From: an uncultured Gemmatimonadota bacterium
Lineage (GTDB): Bacteria; Gemmatimonadota; Gemmatimonadetes; Palauibacterales; KS3-K002
DNA length: 49,554 nucleotides
Reading direction: 5' to 3'
NCBI GenBank assembly: GCA_964348165.1
Contig: CAYGCC010000486.1
Location: forward strand, 1 to 49,554
Part shown: piece after piece, positions 39,671 through 49,017 of the stretch
Layout: every line of letters begins with the position of its first letter
How positions within the stretch are numbered: the first letter of the stretch is position 1
Program-made: the position numbers and the translations under genes
The notes under the pieces: model-generated
Seen by the model: the letters and a program-made list of their open reading frames with translations, nothing else
Database searches by the model: none
What the model was told of the DNA's origin: nothing

Positions 39671-40660
39671 ATGCGCATAGCCCTCGATGTCATGGGGGGC
39701 GACAACGCCCCGGCCGTTCCCGTGCGTGGCGGAGTTGAAGCGCTTCAGCATCGAGAGGGCGACTTCGAGCTGCTGCTGGTCGGCGATAAGGTGGCGATCG
39801 AGCGGGAGCTTCGTGGGCTGGCGGTGCCTCGGGAACGGTTGCGAATCGTGCCGGCCAACGAGACCATCGGCATGAGTGACCCGCCGGTCGAGTCGGTTCG
39901 TCGCAAGCCAGACAGCTCGATCGTTCGCGGTGTGCGTCTGCAGGAGAGCGGTGAGGCCGACGCTTTCATCTCGGCGGGCTCGACGGGCGCGATCCTCGCG
40001 GCGTCTATGCTGATACTCGGGACGTTACCGGGCACCGACCGCCCGGCGATCGGGGCCTTGCTGCCGACGGCGCCGGCCCACCCGACCCTGATGCTGGACG
40101 CGGGCGCGAACGTCGACTGTCGTCCGACGCAGATCGAGCAATTCGCGCACCTCGGCCACATCTACGTGAGAGACATTGAGGGACGGTCGCGGCCGCGCAT
40201 CGGCTTGCTGAGCATCGGCAAAGAAGCGGAGAAGGGTGATGAGCTGACCCTCGAGGCGCATCGCCTGCTAAAGCGTAGCGGCCTCAACTTCGTCGGGAAC
40301 GTCGAGGGTCGGGACATCATTACCGGCGCGTACGATGTAGTCGTCTGTGACGGTTTCGTCGGCAACGTCGTTCTGAAGTTCTATGAGTCGGTCGCAACGC
40401 ACATGGCGCAGCTTCTCAGCCGCGCCGTGGCCGCTGGCGAGATCGACGTCGATCTCCAGGAGATTTGCCGCGTTCTCGACTACGCAGAATACGGCGGTGC
40501 GCCCTTATTGGGTGTGAACGGCGTCACGATCATCTGTCACGGAGATTCACCGCCGCGCGCGATTCGGCACGCGGTTCGTGTCGCGGTCAAGTCTGTGGAG
40601 AGCGACATGGTCGAACACCTGAAACGCGAGCTGTCCGGGCTTGCCAGCGCGAGGTCCTGA
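39671..40660 (+). CDS. plsX: Phosphate acyltransferase PlsX
   Basis: MRIALDVMGGDNAP, SAGSTGA, LDAGAN, FVGNVEG, VCDGFVGN, GGAPLLG, CHG. Confidence 0.97.
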   Translation: MRIALDVMGGDNAPAVPVRGGVEALQHREGDFELLLVGDKVAIERELRGLAVPRERLRIVPANETIGMSDPPVESVRRKPDSSIVRGVRLQESGEADAFISAGSTGAILAASMLILGTLPGTDRPAIGALLPTAPAHPTLMLDAGANVDCRPTQIEQFAHLGHIYVRDIEGRSRPRIGLLSIGKEAEKGDELTLEAHRLLKRSGLNFVGNVEGRDIITGAYDVVVCDGFVGNVVLKFYESVATHMAQLLSRAVAAGEIDVDLQEICRVLDYAEYGGAPLLGVNGVTIICHGDSPPRAIRHAVRVAVKSVESDMVEHLKRELSGLASARS

Positions 40661-40662
40661 CC

Positions 40663-41652
40663 GTGGCTACACCTACGATACGTCTCGCTTCAACCGGCAT
40701 GTGGGCGCCCGCCAAAGTCCTCACGAATGCCGACCTCGAGGGTATGGTCGATACGACCAACGAGTGGATTCTCGAGCGGACCGGCATTCGCGAGCGGCGG
40801 ATTGCCGGCGACGATGTCGGGGCCGCCCAGATGGGGTTCCGCGCTGCCGAAGCGGCGTTGGCCGAGGCGAAGATGGAGGCGAGCGAAGTCGACGCCATCA
40901 TCGTTTCCACGGCCACGCCCGACCGGTTGCTGCCTGCGACGGCGTGTGATGTCCAGGCGATCCTGGGGGCGAATCGCGCGGTCGCCTTCGATGTTTGGGC
41001 GGCCTGCAGCGGCTGGCTTTACGCGCTCTCGATCGCCCAAGGACTGATTGCCACCGGCCAGATCCGGACGGCGCTCTGCATCGCCACCGAGCGGATGAGC
41101 TCGATCGTCGACTGGAACGACCGTGCGACCTGCGTGTTGTTCGGCGATGCGGCGGGCGCGGCCGTGGTGGTCCCCTCGGAAGAGGAAGGGCGGGGCGTGA
41201 TCGCCAGCTACATGCGTTCTGATGGCACGCTCGCCGATCTGTTGCACCGACCGGCCAGCAGCGCGCGCGTCCCGATCGATGTGGCCGAAATCGTGGCCCG
41301 CGACGGGTACATCAAGATGGCTGGGCGTGAGGTGTTCAAGGCGGCGGTTCGCTCCATGTGCGAGGCCGTCGACGCCGTGCTCTCCAGCTCGGGAATCTCG
41401 AAGGACGAGATCGATCTGCTCATCCCGCACCAGGCCAACATTCGGATCATCGAGTCGACAGCCAAGTACGCCGGTATCCCCATGGATCGGGTTTGGGTCA
41501 ACCTTGACCGTTACGGCAATACATCCTCGGCATCAGTACCCGTCTCCTTGCATGAAGCGCGGAAGGCAGGGAAGATCGGCGAGGGCTCGCTGGTGTTGCT
41601 GGTCGCATTCGGTGCCGGCTTCACCTGGGCGGCCACTCTCCTGCGGTGGTAG
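40663..41652 (+). CDS. fabH: Beta-ketoacyl-ACP synthase III
   Basis: EWILERTGIRERR, AACSG, LFGDAAGA, PHQAN, GNTSSAS, FGAGFTW; GTG start at 40663. Confidence 0.97.
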   Translation: MATPTIRLASTGMWAPAKVLTNADLEGMVDTTNEWILERTGIRERRIAGDDVGAAQMGFRAAEAALAEAKMEASEVDAIIVSTATPDRLLPATACDVQAILGANRAVAFDVWAACSGWLYALSIAQGLIATGQIRTALCIATERMSSIVDWNDRATCVLFGDAAGAAVVVPSEEEGRGVIASYMRSDGTLADLLHRPASSARVPIDVAEIVARDGYIKMAGREVFKAAVRSMCEAVDAVLSSSGISKDEIDLLIPHQANIRIIESTAKYAGIPMDRVWVNLDRYGNTSSASVPVSLHEARKAGKIGEGSLVLLVAFGAGFTWAATLLRW

Positions 41653-41665
41653 CCGGACCCCAACG

Positions 41666-42595
41666 ATGAGCCAGCTTGCAGCGCTGTTCCCGGGTCAGGG
41701 CAGCCAACACACCGGCATGGGTCTCGAGATGGCCGAGGCCTTTCCCGCGGCCCGCGAGGTGTTTCGAATCGCGGACGAGGTGCTGGGGTTTGCGCTTTCG
41801 GAGCTGTGCTGGAACGGTCCGGAAGAGGAGCTGCGGCAAACCGTGAACGCCCAGCCCGCGATTCTTGTACACAGCCTCGCTGTCTGGGCTGTCGCGCGGC
41901 ACGACCTCGCAGGCCGGGTTCGCTTCGCGGCGGGCCACTCGTTGGGCGAGTTCAGCGCCTATGCCGCGGCGGGCGCCCTGGACTTCGCGGACGCGGTACG
42001 GCTGGTTCGCCGCCGTGGCGAGCTGATGGCGGCGGTTCGGGCGGGATCGATGTCCGCTATCGTCGGCCTCGAGCCGGAGGCTGTGGAAGACATCTGCGAA
42101 AACGTCGCGGCCGAGTCAGGCATCGTGGTAGCGGCCAACTTCAACTCGCCGGGGCAGATCGTGATCTCGGGAGAGACGGCCGCGGTCGAGCGGGCGGGTG
42201 AGTTGGCCAAGGCGGCGGGTGCTCGCATGGTGAAGCCGCTGGCCGTGAGCGGGGCGTTCCACTCGCCGCTGATGGCGGAAGCGGAGGCCGGTTTGCGCGC
42301 CGAGCTGGACCAGGTCAGCTTGCGAGATCCCGCGTTCCCCGTCATCTCAAACGTGACCGCCGAGCCGGTCGGCGAGGCAGCTACGGCACGCCGCACACTG
42401 ATCGAGCAACTCACGTCTCCGGTGCGTTGGACGCAAAGCGTCTTACGCATCGCCCAGGGTGGCGTCGATCGATTTGTCGAGCTCGGGCCCGGCAGGGTGC
42501 TGACGGGCCTGTTGAAACGTATTGGCTCGGGTCTGCAGGGCTGGCACGTGAGCCAGCCCGAGGATGTCGAGCGGTTTCGCAGAGACTTGACCTGA
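41666..42595 (+). CDS. fabD: Malonyl-CoA:ACP transacylase
   Basis: FPGQGSQ, GHSLGE, ANFNSPGQIVISG, SGAFHS, ELGPG. Confidence 0.97.
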   Translation: MSQLAALFPGQGSQHTGMGLEMAEAFPAAREVFRIADEVLGFALSELCWNGPEEELRQTVNAQPAILVHSLAVWAVARHDLAGRVRFAAGHSLGEFSAYAAAGALDFADAVRLVRRRGELMAAVRAGSMSAIVGLEPEAVEDICENVAAESGIVVAANFNSPGQIVISGETAAVERAGELAKAAGARMVKPLAVSGAFHSPLMAEAEAGLRAELDQVSLRDPAFPVISNVTAEPVGEAATARRTLIEQLTSPVRWTQSVLRIAQGGVDRFVELGPGRVLTGLLKRIGSGLQGWHVSQPEDVERFRRDLT

Positions 42596-43332
42596 TGCAG
42601 GAACTACAGGGCTCCGTCGCCGTCGTTACCGGTGCGTTTCGCGGAATCGGGCTGGCCACGGCCCGTGAATTGAGCTTGGGCGGTGCTCAAGTCGCCATGG
42701 TGAGCCGCCATTCCGATCGTGAACAGGAGGCATTGGCGCAGGTCGTCGAGGGGCGGGGTCGGGCTTTCCTCTGCGACGTCACCGATGTGGAGTGTCTTTC
42801 GGAGATGGTGAACCAGGTCGAGAGCCAGATGGGGCCGATCACGATTCTGGTGAACAACGCGGGAGTGACGCGGGATAAACTCTTGTTTCGGATTCGCGAC
42901 GCGGACTGGGATGACGTGCAGAACGTCAACCTGAAGGCGGCTTTCAATCTGACCAAACTGGTCGCTAGGGGCATGATTCGGCGACGGGCCGGCTCGATCA
43001 TCAACGTGTCGAGCGTCGTGGGTCTGACGGGCAATGCGGGGCAAAGCAACTATGCTGCCGCGAAGGCCGGGCTGATCGGTCTGACCAAATCGGTGGCCAA
43101 GGAGCTTGCGCCGCGCGGCGTCCGCGCCAACGCCGTGGCGCCCGGCTTCATCGAAACCCGGATGACCGCCGACCTCGGCCAGCAGACACGTGAGGCCTTG
43201 CTGGCGCAGATACCGATGGGCCACCTGGGGAAGCCGGAGGATGTGGCTCCCGTGATTCGGTTTCTGGCCGGACCGGGCGCCCGGTACATCACCGGTCAGG
43301 TGATCGTTGTGGACGGCGGTATGGTCATGTAG
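42595..43332 (+). CDS. fabG: 3-oxoacyl-ACP reductase
   Basis: TGAFRGIG, NNAGVTRD, SSVVG, NYAAAK, APGFIET, VDGG; TGATG coupling with fabD. Confidence 0.97.
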   Translation: MQELQGSVAVVTGAFRGIGLATARELSLGGAQVAMVSRHSDREQEALAQVVEGRGRAFLCDVTDVECLSEMVNQVESQMGPITILVNNAGVTRDKLLFRIRDADWDDVQNVNLKAAFNLTKLVARGMIRRRAGSIINVSSVVGLTGNAGQSNYAAAKAGLIGLTKSVAKELAPRGVRANAVAPGFIETRMTADLGQQTREALLAQIPMGHLGKPEDVAPVIRFLAGPGARYITGQVIVVDGGMVM

Positions 43333-43395
43333 TTTCGCTCTGTTCGGGACATCCAGCGCTTCCGGCTTCTGGGAGAAAAGGAAAAGGAGAAGCTC

Positions 43396-43635
43396 ATGGC
43401 AGACATCGAGGCACGCGTTCGAGATATCATCGTGAACGAGCTGGGAGTCGAACCCTCAAAGGTCACTCGCGAGGCGTCGTTCGTCGAGGACCTGGGTGCC
43501 GACTCGCTGGACACGGTGGAGCTCGTCATGGCGTTCGAGGAGGAATTTGGTATCGAGATCCCGGATGAAGACGCCGAGAAGATGGAGACCGTCGGCGACG
43601 CCATCAAGTATCTCGAGGAGAAGGAAGGGGCCTGA
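43396..43635 (+). CDS. acpP: Acyl carrier protein
   Basis: [27 protein letters not shown]. Confidence 0.98.
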   Translation: MADIEARVRDIIVNELGVEPSKVTREASFVEDLGADSLDTVELVMAFEEEFGIEIPDEDAEKMETVGDAIKYLEEKEGA

Positions 43636-43643
43636 CTCACCAC

Positions 43644-44900
43644 ATGCCAGCGAACAACCGCCGTGTGGTCGTGACGGGTATCGGCTTGATCACGGCTATT
43701 GCGAACGATGTGCGCAGTAACTGGGAGGCGCTGCTCTCGGGCCAAAGCGGCGCCGCCACGATCACGGCTTTCGACCCGTCTGACCTTCCCGTGCGCTTCG
43801 CGGCCGAGGTTAAAGGCTTCGACCCCACTCAGTATCTCGACCGCAAGGAGGCGAAGCGGGCAGACCGCTTCACTCACTTCGCCCTGGCAGCTACGGCTCA
43901 GGCCATGGAGAGCGCGGGTCTGGCGGATAAGCCGCCCGACGTGGCTCCAGACCGCTACGGAGTGATCACGGGCAGCGGGATCGGAGGTATCACGACCCTC
44001 GAAGCTCAACACCGGGTATACCTGGAGAAGGGGCCGGACCGGGTATCGCCTTTCTTCGTGCCCATGTTCATCGCGGACATGGCACCGGGATTAATCGCGA
44101 TAAAATACGGCGCCAAGGGTCCCAACTACACGACGGTTTCCGCTTGCGCCTCGGGCGCCCACGCCGTGGGCAACGCCTTCCGCCTGATTCGTGACGGGGT
44201 CGCCGACGTCATCATCACCGGCGGCGCCGAATCGTCGGTCACGCCGCTGACCATGGCGGGTTTCGCCTCGATGAAGGCACTTTCATTCCGGAACGACGCC
44301 CCGGAGAGCGCCAGTCGACCTTTTGACGCGAATCGCGATGGCTTCGTCTTGGGTGAGGGCTGCGGAATGATGGTGTTGGAGGAACTGGAGTCTGCGAGAG
44401 CACGCGGCGCGCCGATCGTGGCAGAGGTCGTCGGTTACGGGCAAACAGCCGATGCCCACCATATGACGGCGCCGGCGCCGGAAGGAGAGGGCGCCCAGCG
44501 CGCCATGAGGCTCGCGCTCGAGGACGCCGGCGCCCAAGCGACCGACGTGGATTACATCAACGCCCACGGCACCTCGACACCGCTGAACGACTTGAGCGAG
44601 ACGCAAGCGATCAAGAAGGTGTTCGGCGAGCACGCATTCCAATTGGTCGTAAGCTCGACGAAATCGATGACGGGGCACACGCTCGGCGCCGCCGGAGGCG
44701 TCGAAGCCGTGATTTGCGCGCTCGTGGTCAGGGAAGGGAAGATCCCTCCCACCATCAACTTCAGCGACGCCGATCCCGGCTGCGATCTCAACTATGCGCA
44801 CAACCAGGTGCTCGAGCGGCCCGTGCGTCTGTCGCTGACGAATTCCTTCGGTTTCGGCGGCCACAACGTTTGTCTGGCTGTCAAGCGATGGGAGCCGTAG
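43644..44900 (+). CDS. fabF: Beta-ketoacyl-ACP synthase II
   Basis: RRVVVTGIG, SACASG, RPFD..RDGF, NAHGTST, KSMTGHTLGAAG, NSFGFGGHN. Confidence 0.98.
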   Translation: MPANNRRVVVTGIGLITAIANDVRSNWEALLSGQSGAATITAFDPSDLPVRFAAEVKGFDPTQYLDRKEAKRADRFTHFALAATAQAMESAGLADKPPDVAPDRYGVITGSGIGGITTLEAQHRVYLEKGPDRVSPFFVPMFIADMAPGLIAIKYGAKGPNYTTVSACASGAHAVGNAFRLIRDGVADVIITGGAESSVTPLTMAGFASMKALSFRNDAPESASRPFDANRDGFVLGEGCGMMVLEELESARARGAPIVAEVVGYGQTADAHHMTAPAPEGEGAQRAMRLALEDAGAQATDVDYINAHGTSTPLNDLSETQAIKKVFGEHAFQLVVSSTKSMTGHTLGAAGGVEAVICALVVREGKIPPTINFSDADPGCDLNYAHNQVLERPVRLSLTNSFGFGGHNVCLAVKRWEP

Positions 44901-45110
44901 CCAGCTATTCTTCCCAGTTGCGGCCGTCAAACCGCGTGAGCGGATAGCTTGATGCTGCGGGCAGATAGAAGAGGCGGAAACCTGCGGTCTGGGTCATGCG
45001 CCGGAGCCGGAACGGATCGCTCGCCACCTTGTGGCCTGGGTCGTTTTCTTCGAATCAGCCACCGGACTGAATCACGCAAGTGACCGAAACATGCCCGAGG
45101 TCTTATTGAG

Positions 45111-45344
45111 ATGTGGGTTCTGGGCCTCGTCGTGACTCTCCTCCTGGTCATACCGCTGGTCGCCATTGTCCTCGACTCGGAGCTTGGACACGCTTTGGCC
45201 CGACGCGTGGATCCCGGCCAGCCTTCTGAGCACGAAGTGACCAAGCGTCTCGAGGCTCTCGAAGAAGAGGTCGAGTACCTATCGGAATCGGTGCGATCGC
45301 TTCAGGCGCGTGTGCGTGAGTCGGGACCCGGCTCCAAGAGCTGA
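45111..45344 (+). CDS. Small single-TM protein with C-terminal coiled coil
   Basis: Hydrophobic N-terminus (MWVLGLVVTLLLVIPLVAIVLDS) and heptad segment RLEALEEEVEYLSESVRSLQ. Confidence 0.6.
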   Translation: MWVLGLVVTLLLVIPLVAIVLDSELGHALARRVDPGQPSEHEVTKRLEALEEEVEYLSESVRSLQARVRESGPGSKS

Positions 45345-45514
45345 ATCCGCAGCGCCGACGCCCTCCAAACTTCCCGTCACCCCTTCGTAGTTGTGTGGAT
45401 GGCGACCGACGTAGTCGAGCCAGCCAGCGCAGCCGCGCCTGGGCGCGTCAGCTGAAGCTTCTGTCAGAGAACGGCTGAAAGAGAGATGCGACCCGATGTC
45501 GACGGCGCGGAGGT

Positions 45515-46495
45515 CTATCGGCTCACCAGCTCGTGAAGCTTGTCAGCCTCCGCCAGCGCGCCGAGCTGTGCGAATAGCGAGTAAGCGCGGCGCGCCGTGT
45601 CGCGGGCTTCGTCTTCACGACCGGACCTTTCGAGCAGCCCAGCCAACTCGCGGCCGGCGGTGGCGGCAAGATGGGGCCGTCCCAGCGAATCGGCCTTTTC
45701 TAGCACCTCACGCAACAGTTGCTCGGCCTCGGACGTCTGGCCGTTGGCGGCCTTCGCCATGGCCAGAATTCGGAGGTCCTGGGCTTCTCCAACCACATCT
45801 CCCAGCTGGCGATGTGCCACCAGAGCGCGCTCGACCTCGCAGTGAGCGAAGGGAGCATCGCCTTTGAGCACACGAATCTCGGCGCGGCCAGAGAGGGTGA
45901 GCGCGTAGAGCGCGTTGTCGCCCAGCTTGTCGGCCTCACTGACGGCGTTGTCCGCCTCCTCCAGCGCCCGGTCGTAGTCGCCCTTGGCCAGGTGGGTCAT
46001 AGCCGAGTTGTGGTGAGTTTCCACTATCCCCCGGTCTAGCCCGGCCTGCTGGTAGGCGGCCAAGGCCAGCCGGTACCAGGACAGGGCCCGGACATAATCG
46101 CCTCTCTGGTCGGCGACGATCCCCAGGTTATTGGAGCAGCGGCCGACGTTGGCGTGATCCTCGGAGCTCTTGGCCGCCGCGAGCGCTCTCATGAAGTAAC
46201 TTGCCGCGTCGTGCATGCGCCCCGATTCCAGGGCGATGGCGCCGAGCAGATTCAAGGCGCGGACTTCGATGCTCCGGTCCCCCTGCTGTCGCGCCATTTC
46301 CAGGGCTGCGCTGCACCATCTGGTGGCGTCAGCGTCCTGTCCCAGGCGAGCGTGAGCGCTTCCGCACAGCAGTGCGAGAGTCGGCGAATTGTTGAGGCCT
46401 TCGCGGCGCGGCGTCAGGAAATCCAGCAACGCCTGGTAGCGGCCAGTTCCGGCAAGCCGCTGAGCCTCCGCAAGAATGGCTAGTGACTTACGCAC
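45515..46495 (-). CDS. Tetratricopeptide repeat protein
   Basis: About 40-aa repeats such as ALNLLGAIALESG, CSNNLGIVADQRG, THHNSAMTHLAKG; no signal peptide; GTG start. Confidence 0.85.
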   Translation of the reverse strand: MRKSLAILAEAQRLAGTGRYQALLDFLTPRREGLNNSPTLALLCGSAHARLGQDADATRWCSAALEMARQQGDRSIEVRALNLLGAIALESGRMHDAASYFMRALAAAKSSEDHANVGRCSNNLGIVADQRGDYVRALSWYRLALAAYQQAGLDRGIVETHHNSAMTHLAKGDYDRALEEADNAVSEADKLGDNALYALTLSGRAEIRVLKGDAPFAHCEVERALVAHRQLGDVVGEAQDLRILAMAKAANGQTSEAEQLLREVLEKADSLGRPHLAATAGRELAGLLERSGREDEARDTARRAYSLFAQLGALAEADKLHELVSR

Positions 46496-46511
46496 GATCC
46501 AGCTCGCTTGC

Positions 46512-47171
46512 TTAATGCGCGACGGCGTAATGTGAGAAAGAGCGGAGCGGTGTAAGGAATCGCTTCGCGCTCACGAAATGTAATGATCTCAGCGCTTGCC
46601 ACTGTTCGTCATCGTGGGGTAGACGCCAAACGTCGAGTTCGCTCCTCGCCAACTCTTCGTCGTCATCATCCACGTCATCGTCGCCGTCGAGGTCACGGTC
46701 CGCTTGCGCGTACGACATCCTGAGCATCGCCGGTGACTCCGGATTGAATTCGATTCCGGCCGGATGAAACTCCGCCAGCAGATACTCGGCATCAAGCGAA
46801 ACCGTTATCAGGATGCAGTCACCCGGCCCAACGGCCGAGCCGTCTGGGTGCTTCCACAACCCGGACCGGGGGATGAAGAGGCTGAGAAAGTCGTTGGGCC
46901 CGTCCTGGTCATCGTCATCACTGTTGGCGAGATAACGGATGTTGAGCCTGGCTGGCTCGCCGTAGCAAGCCTCGACGCTCATCTCGTAAGTCTGGAGCTG
47001 TGGGGCTGCGGCCGACTGGCGGAGGACATGGGGCTGCGATCCCCCATCGTTGACACTTTGGTCGACGCTTTGAACGGGATTGCCTGGAACCTCGGGCCCC
47101 GTCGTTTCGCTACACGCGGCCAGCCACGCGCATGCAGCCAAAGCCACAGGTAGTGTTCGTCGCCGCATCAT
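46512..47171 (-). CDS. Lipoprotein of unknown function with ZU5-like beta-sandwich
   Basis: MMRRRTLPVALAACAWLAAC lipobox; start overlaps the upstream stop (ATGA); FHPAGIEF...LRMSY...FSHYAV pattern; acidic DRDLDGDDDVDDDD loop. Confidence 0.7.
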   Translation of the reverse strand: MMRRRTLPVALAACAWLAACSETTGPEVPGNPVQSVDQSVNDGGSQPHVLRQSAAAPQLQTYEMSVEACYGEPARLNIRYLANSDDDDQDGPNDFLSLFIPRSGLWKHPDGSAVGPGDCILITVSLDAEYLLAEFHPAGIEFNPESPAMLRMSYAQADRDLDGDDDVDDDDEELARSELDVWRLPHDDEQWQALRSLHFVSAKRFLTPLRSFSHYAVAH

Positions 47172-48532
47172 GTCTTCTCTCCTTCGGGGATTAAGGACGT
47201 GTTCTGCACGCGATTCATCAAGCGGGAAAGTCGCGCACGAGAGATTCCCAGCCGGCGCGCCGCTTCGCTCCGGTTTCCCTGGCACAGATCCAACGTCGAA
47301 CGCGCCGCCGCCGCCGAGATCTCATCCAGGGAGGCGGGGAACGGGATGCCCCCCTCAGCCGTGGCCCGCGGCGCCGATTGCCCCAACAGCTCGTCGACGC
47401 TCAGCTCGCCCGAAGGGGAGAGCAGCAAGGCTCGCTCGACTGCGTTCTTAAGCTCTCTCACGTTCCCCGGCCAATGATAGCGGAGCAGTGCCGAGCGAAC
47501 CTCTTCGGTGACGGACGGACGGGTGAGCCCGTGCTGAGCCGATAGACGGTTGAGCAACGCTTGAGCGATGAGAACCGAATCGTTTCCCCTCTCCCTCAGC
47601 GGCGGGAGCCAAAGTGTGATGACGCTGAGACGGAAAAACAGATCCGAGCGGAACACGCCGTTCATAACGGACTGCTCGAGGTCCTCGTTGCTGGCGGCGA
47701 TGATTCGCACGTCCGTGTCATGCCACGACGTGGCACCGACCCGCCGGACCTGTTTGTCCTCGAGCACGCGGAGCAGCTTAGCCTGCAACTCGAAAGCCAG
47801 GTTGCCGATCTCATCCAGTAACAGCGTCCCGCCCTTGGCGATCTCGAAGAGGCCGGGTTTGGCAGCATGCGCGTCGGTGAAGGCTCCCCGCTCGTGACCG
47901 AACAGCTCGGACTCGAGCAGTGATCCGGGCAGCGCCGTGCAATTCACCGGCACAAACGGGGCGCCACTCCGCACACCTCCATCATGAATCGCACGTGCCA
48001 AAAGCTCTTTACCGGTGCCCGTTTCTCCTGTAATCAGCACGGTCGCGTCGCCGTACGGCAGGACTCGGGCGGCGCGGGAGAGCACAGCCTTGAGCACGGC
48101 GCTTTCACCGATGATCTGCGCAAACGCCTCGTTCTTACCTTCGGCAACGCGATGCGCGGCCCGGCGCAACGCGCTGCGTCGCCGCTCCACGGCCGAGACC
48201 AACTCGTTACGCAAGACTTCGACGTCTCCCGGCAGAGCGACGTAGTCTCGGGCTCCGGCGCGCACCACGCGGGCGGCCGTTCGGTGACCAGTCTCCGATC
48301 CCACCACGAAGTACGGCACACTCGGGTGACCCGAGTGGCTCTCCAGCCAATCGACAGCCTCACCTTCGGCACCCGCAGCCGAGATGATCACCGCCGCGAC
48401 GTCCGGGTCAACGGTGCAGACCTCAGAATCCTCGAGGACGCGTAGATCGGCTCCCAGGTCGCTGGTAAGCTCGAACCAGTACTCCGCGAACGCATCCGAC
48501 ACTTGGACCACGAGGATCGCTACCTCCTTCAC
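47168..48532 (-). CDS. Sigma54-interacting AAA+ transcriptional regulator (NtrC family) with degenerate receiver domain and Fis-type HTH
   Basis: GETGTGKE, ESELFGHERGAFTDA, LLLDEIG, FRSDLFFRL, WPGNVREL, GNRSEAARRLGISR; AGGAGG SD before GTG. Confidence 0.95.
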   Translation of the reverse strand: MKEVAILVVQVSDAFAEYWFELTSDLGADLRVLEDSEVCTVDPDVAAVIISAAGAEGEAVDWLESHSGHPSVPYFVVGSETGHRTAARVVRAGARDYVALPGDVEVLRNELVSAVERRRSALRRAAHRVAEGKNEAFAQIIGESAVLKAVLSRAARVLPYGDATVLITGETGTGKELLARAIHDGGVRSGAPFVPVNCTALPGSLLESELFGHERGAFTDAHAAKPGLFEIAKGGTLLLDEIGNLAFELQAKLLRVLEDKQVRRVGATSWHDTDVRIIAASNEDLEQSVMNGVFRSDLFFRLSVITLWLPPLRERGNDSVLIAQALLNRLSAQHGLTRPSVTEEVRSALLRYHWPGNVRELKNAVERALLLSPSGELSVDELLGQSAPRATAEGGIPFPASLDEISAAAARSTLDLCQGNRSEAARRLGISRARLSRLMNRVQNTSLIPEGEKT

Positions 48533-48733
48533 CGAGACCTCCTAGGCACCATGTGTGCCAATGATCGAAAACCTCGGTCCCGGCAAGGCCGGCCACAGCC
48601 TGTCTAGCCGGCGTCCACCCTCAGCGGGGGCAATCGTCAGCGAGGGCTGCTTCCGACCGGCGACATTGGCGGGATTGTAAATGCGAACCGTAAAAGCACT
48701 TACGGCAAGAGGTCGGGTGCGTATATCCCTCGC

Positions 48734-48762
48734 ATCTTACCCGTGCTGCTGCCTGCTGTCAA
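48734..48762 (-). promoter_or_regulatory. Putative sigma70 promoter for the regulator-lipoprotein-TPR operon
   Basis: Minus strand TTGACA (48762-48757), 17 nt spacer, TAAGAT (48739-48734). Confidence 0.6.
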
Positions 48763-49017
48763 CCAGTTGGACAAGCAGAGTCAGGGCCTACGACGAGCAT
48801 GCCGACCGCGGAACAGGCGGGTGTCGTTGGCACGTTTTGAACCAGCTGAAACAATACGTGTCACGGAAAACGGTCCGTTCTGATCCAACATCGGCAACGT
48901 TTCCAGCGATTCGTCGCTGTTATTAGTGCCTGGCCCGGAGGTTGCGTTCGAGATCTCGCAGGACCCGGAGACGGTGACGGACTCGATGAGTTTGGGTCGG
49001 CGATTCGAGGCTTTGCG

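Noticed and set aside
48828..48842. Sigma54-like TGGCACG sequence (also at 39471)
   Set aside because: No GC at the required -12 position.
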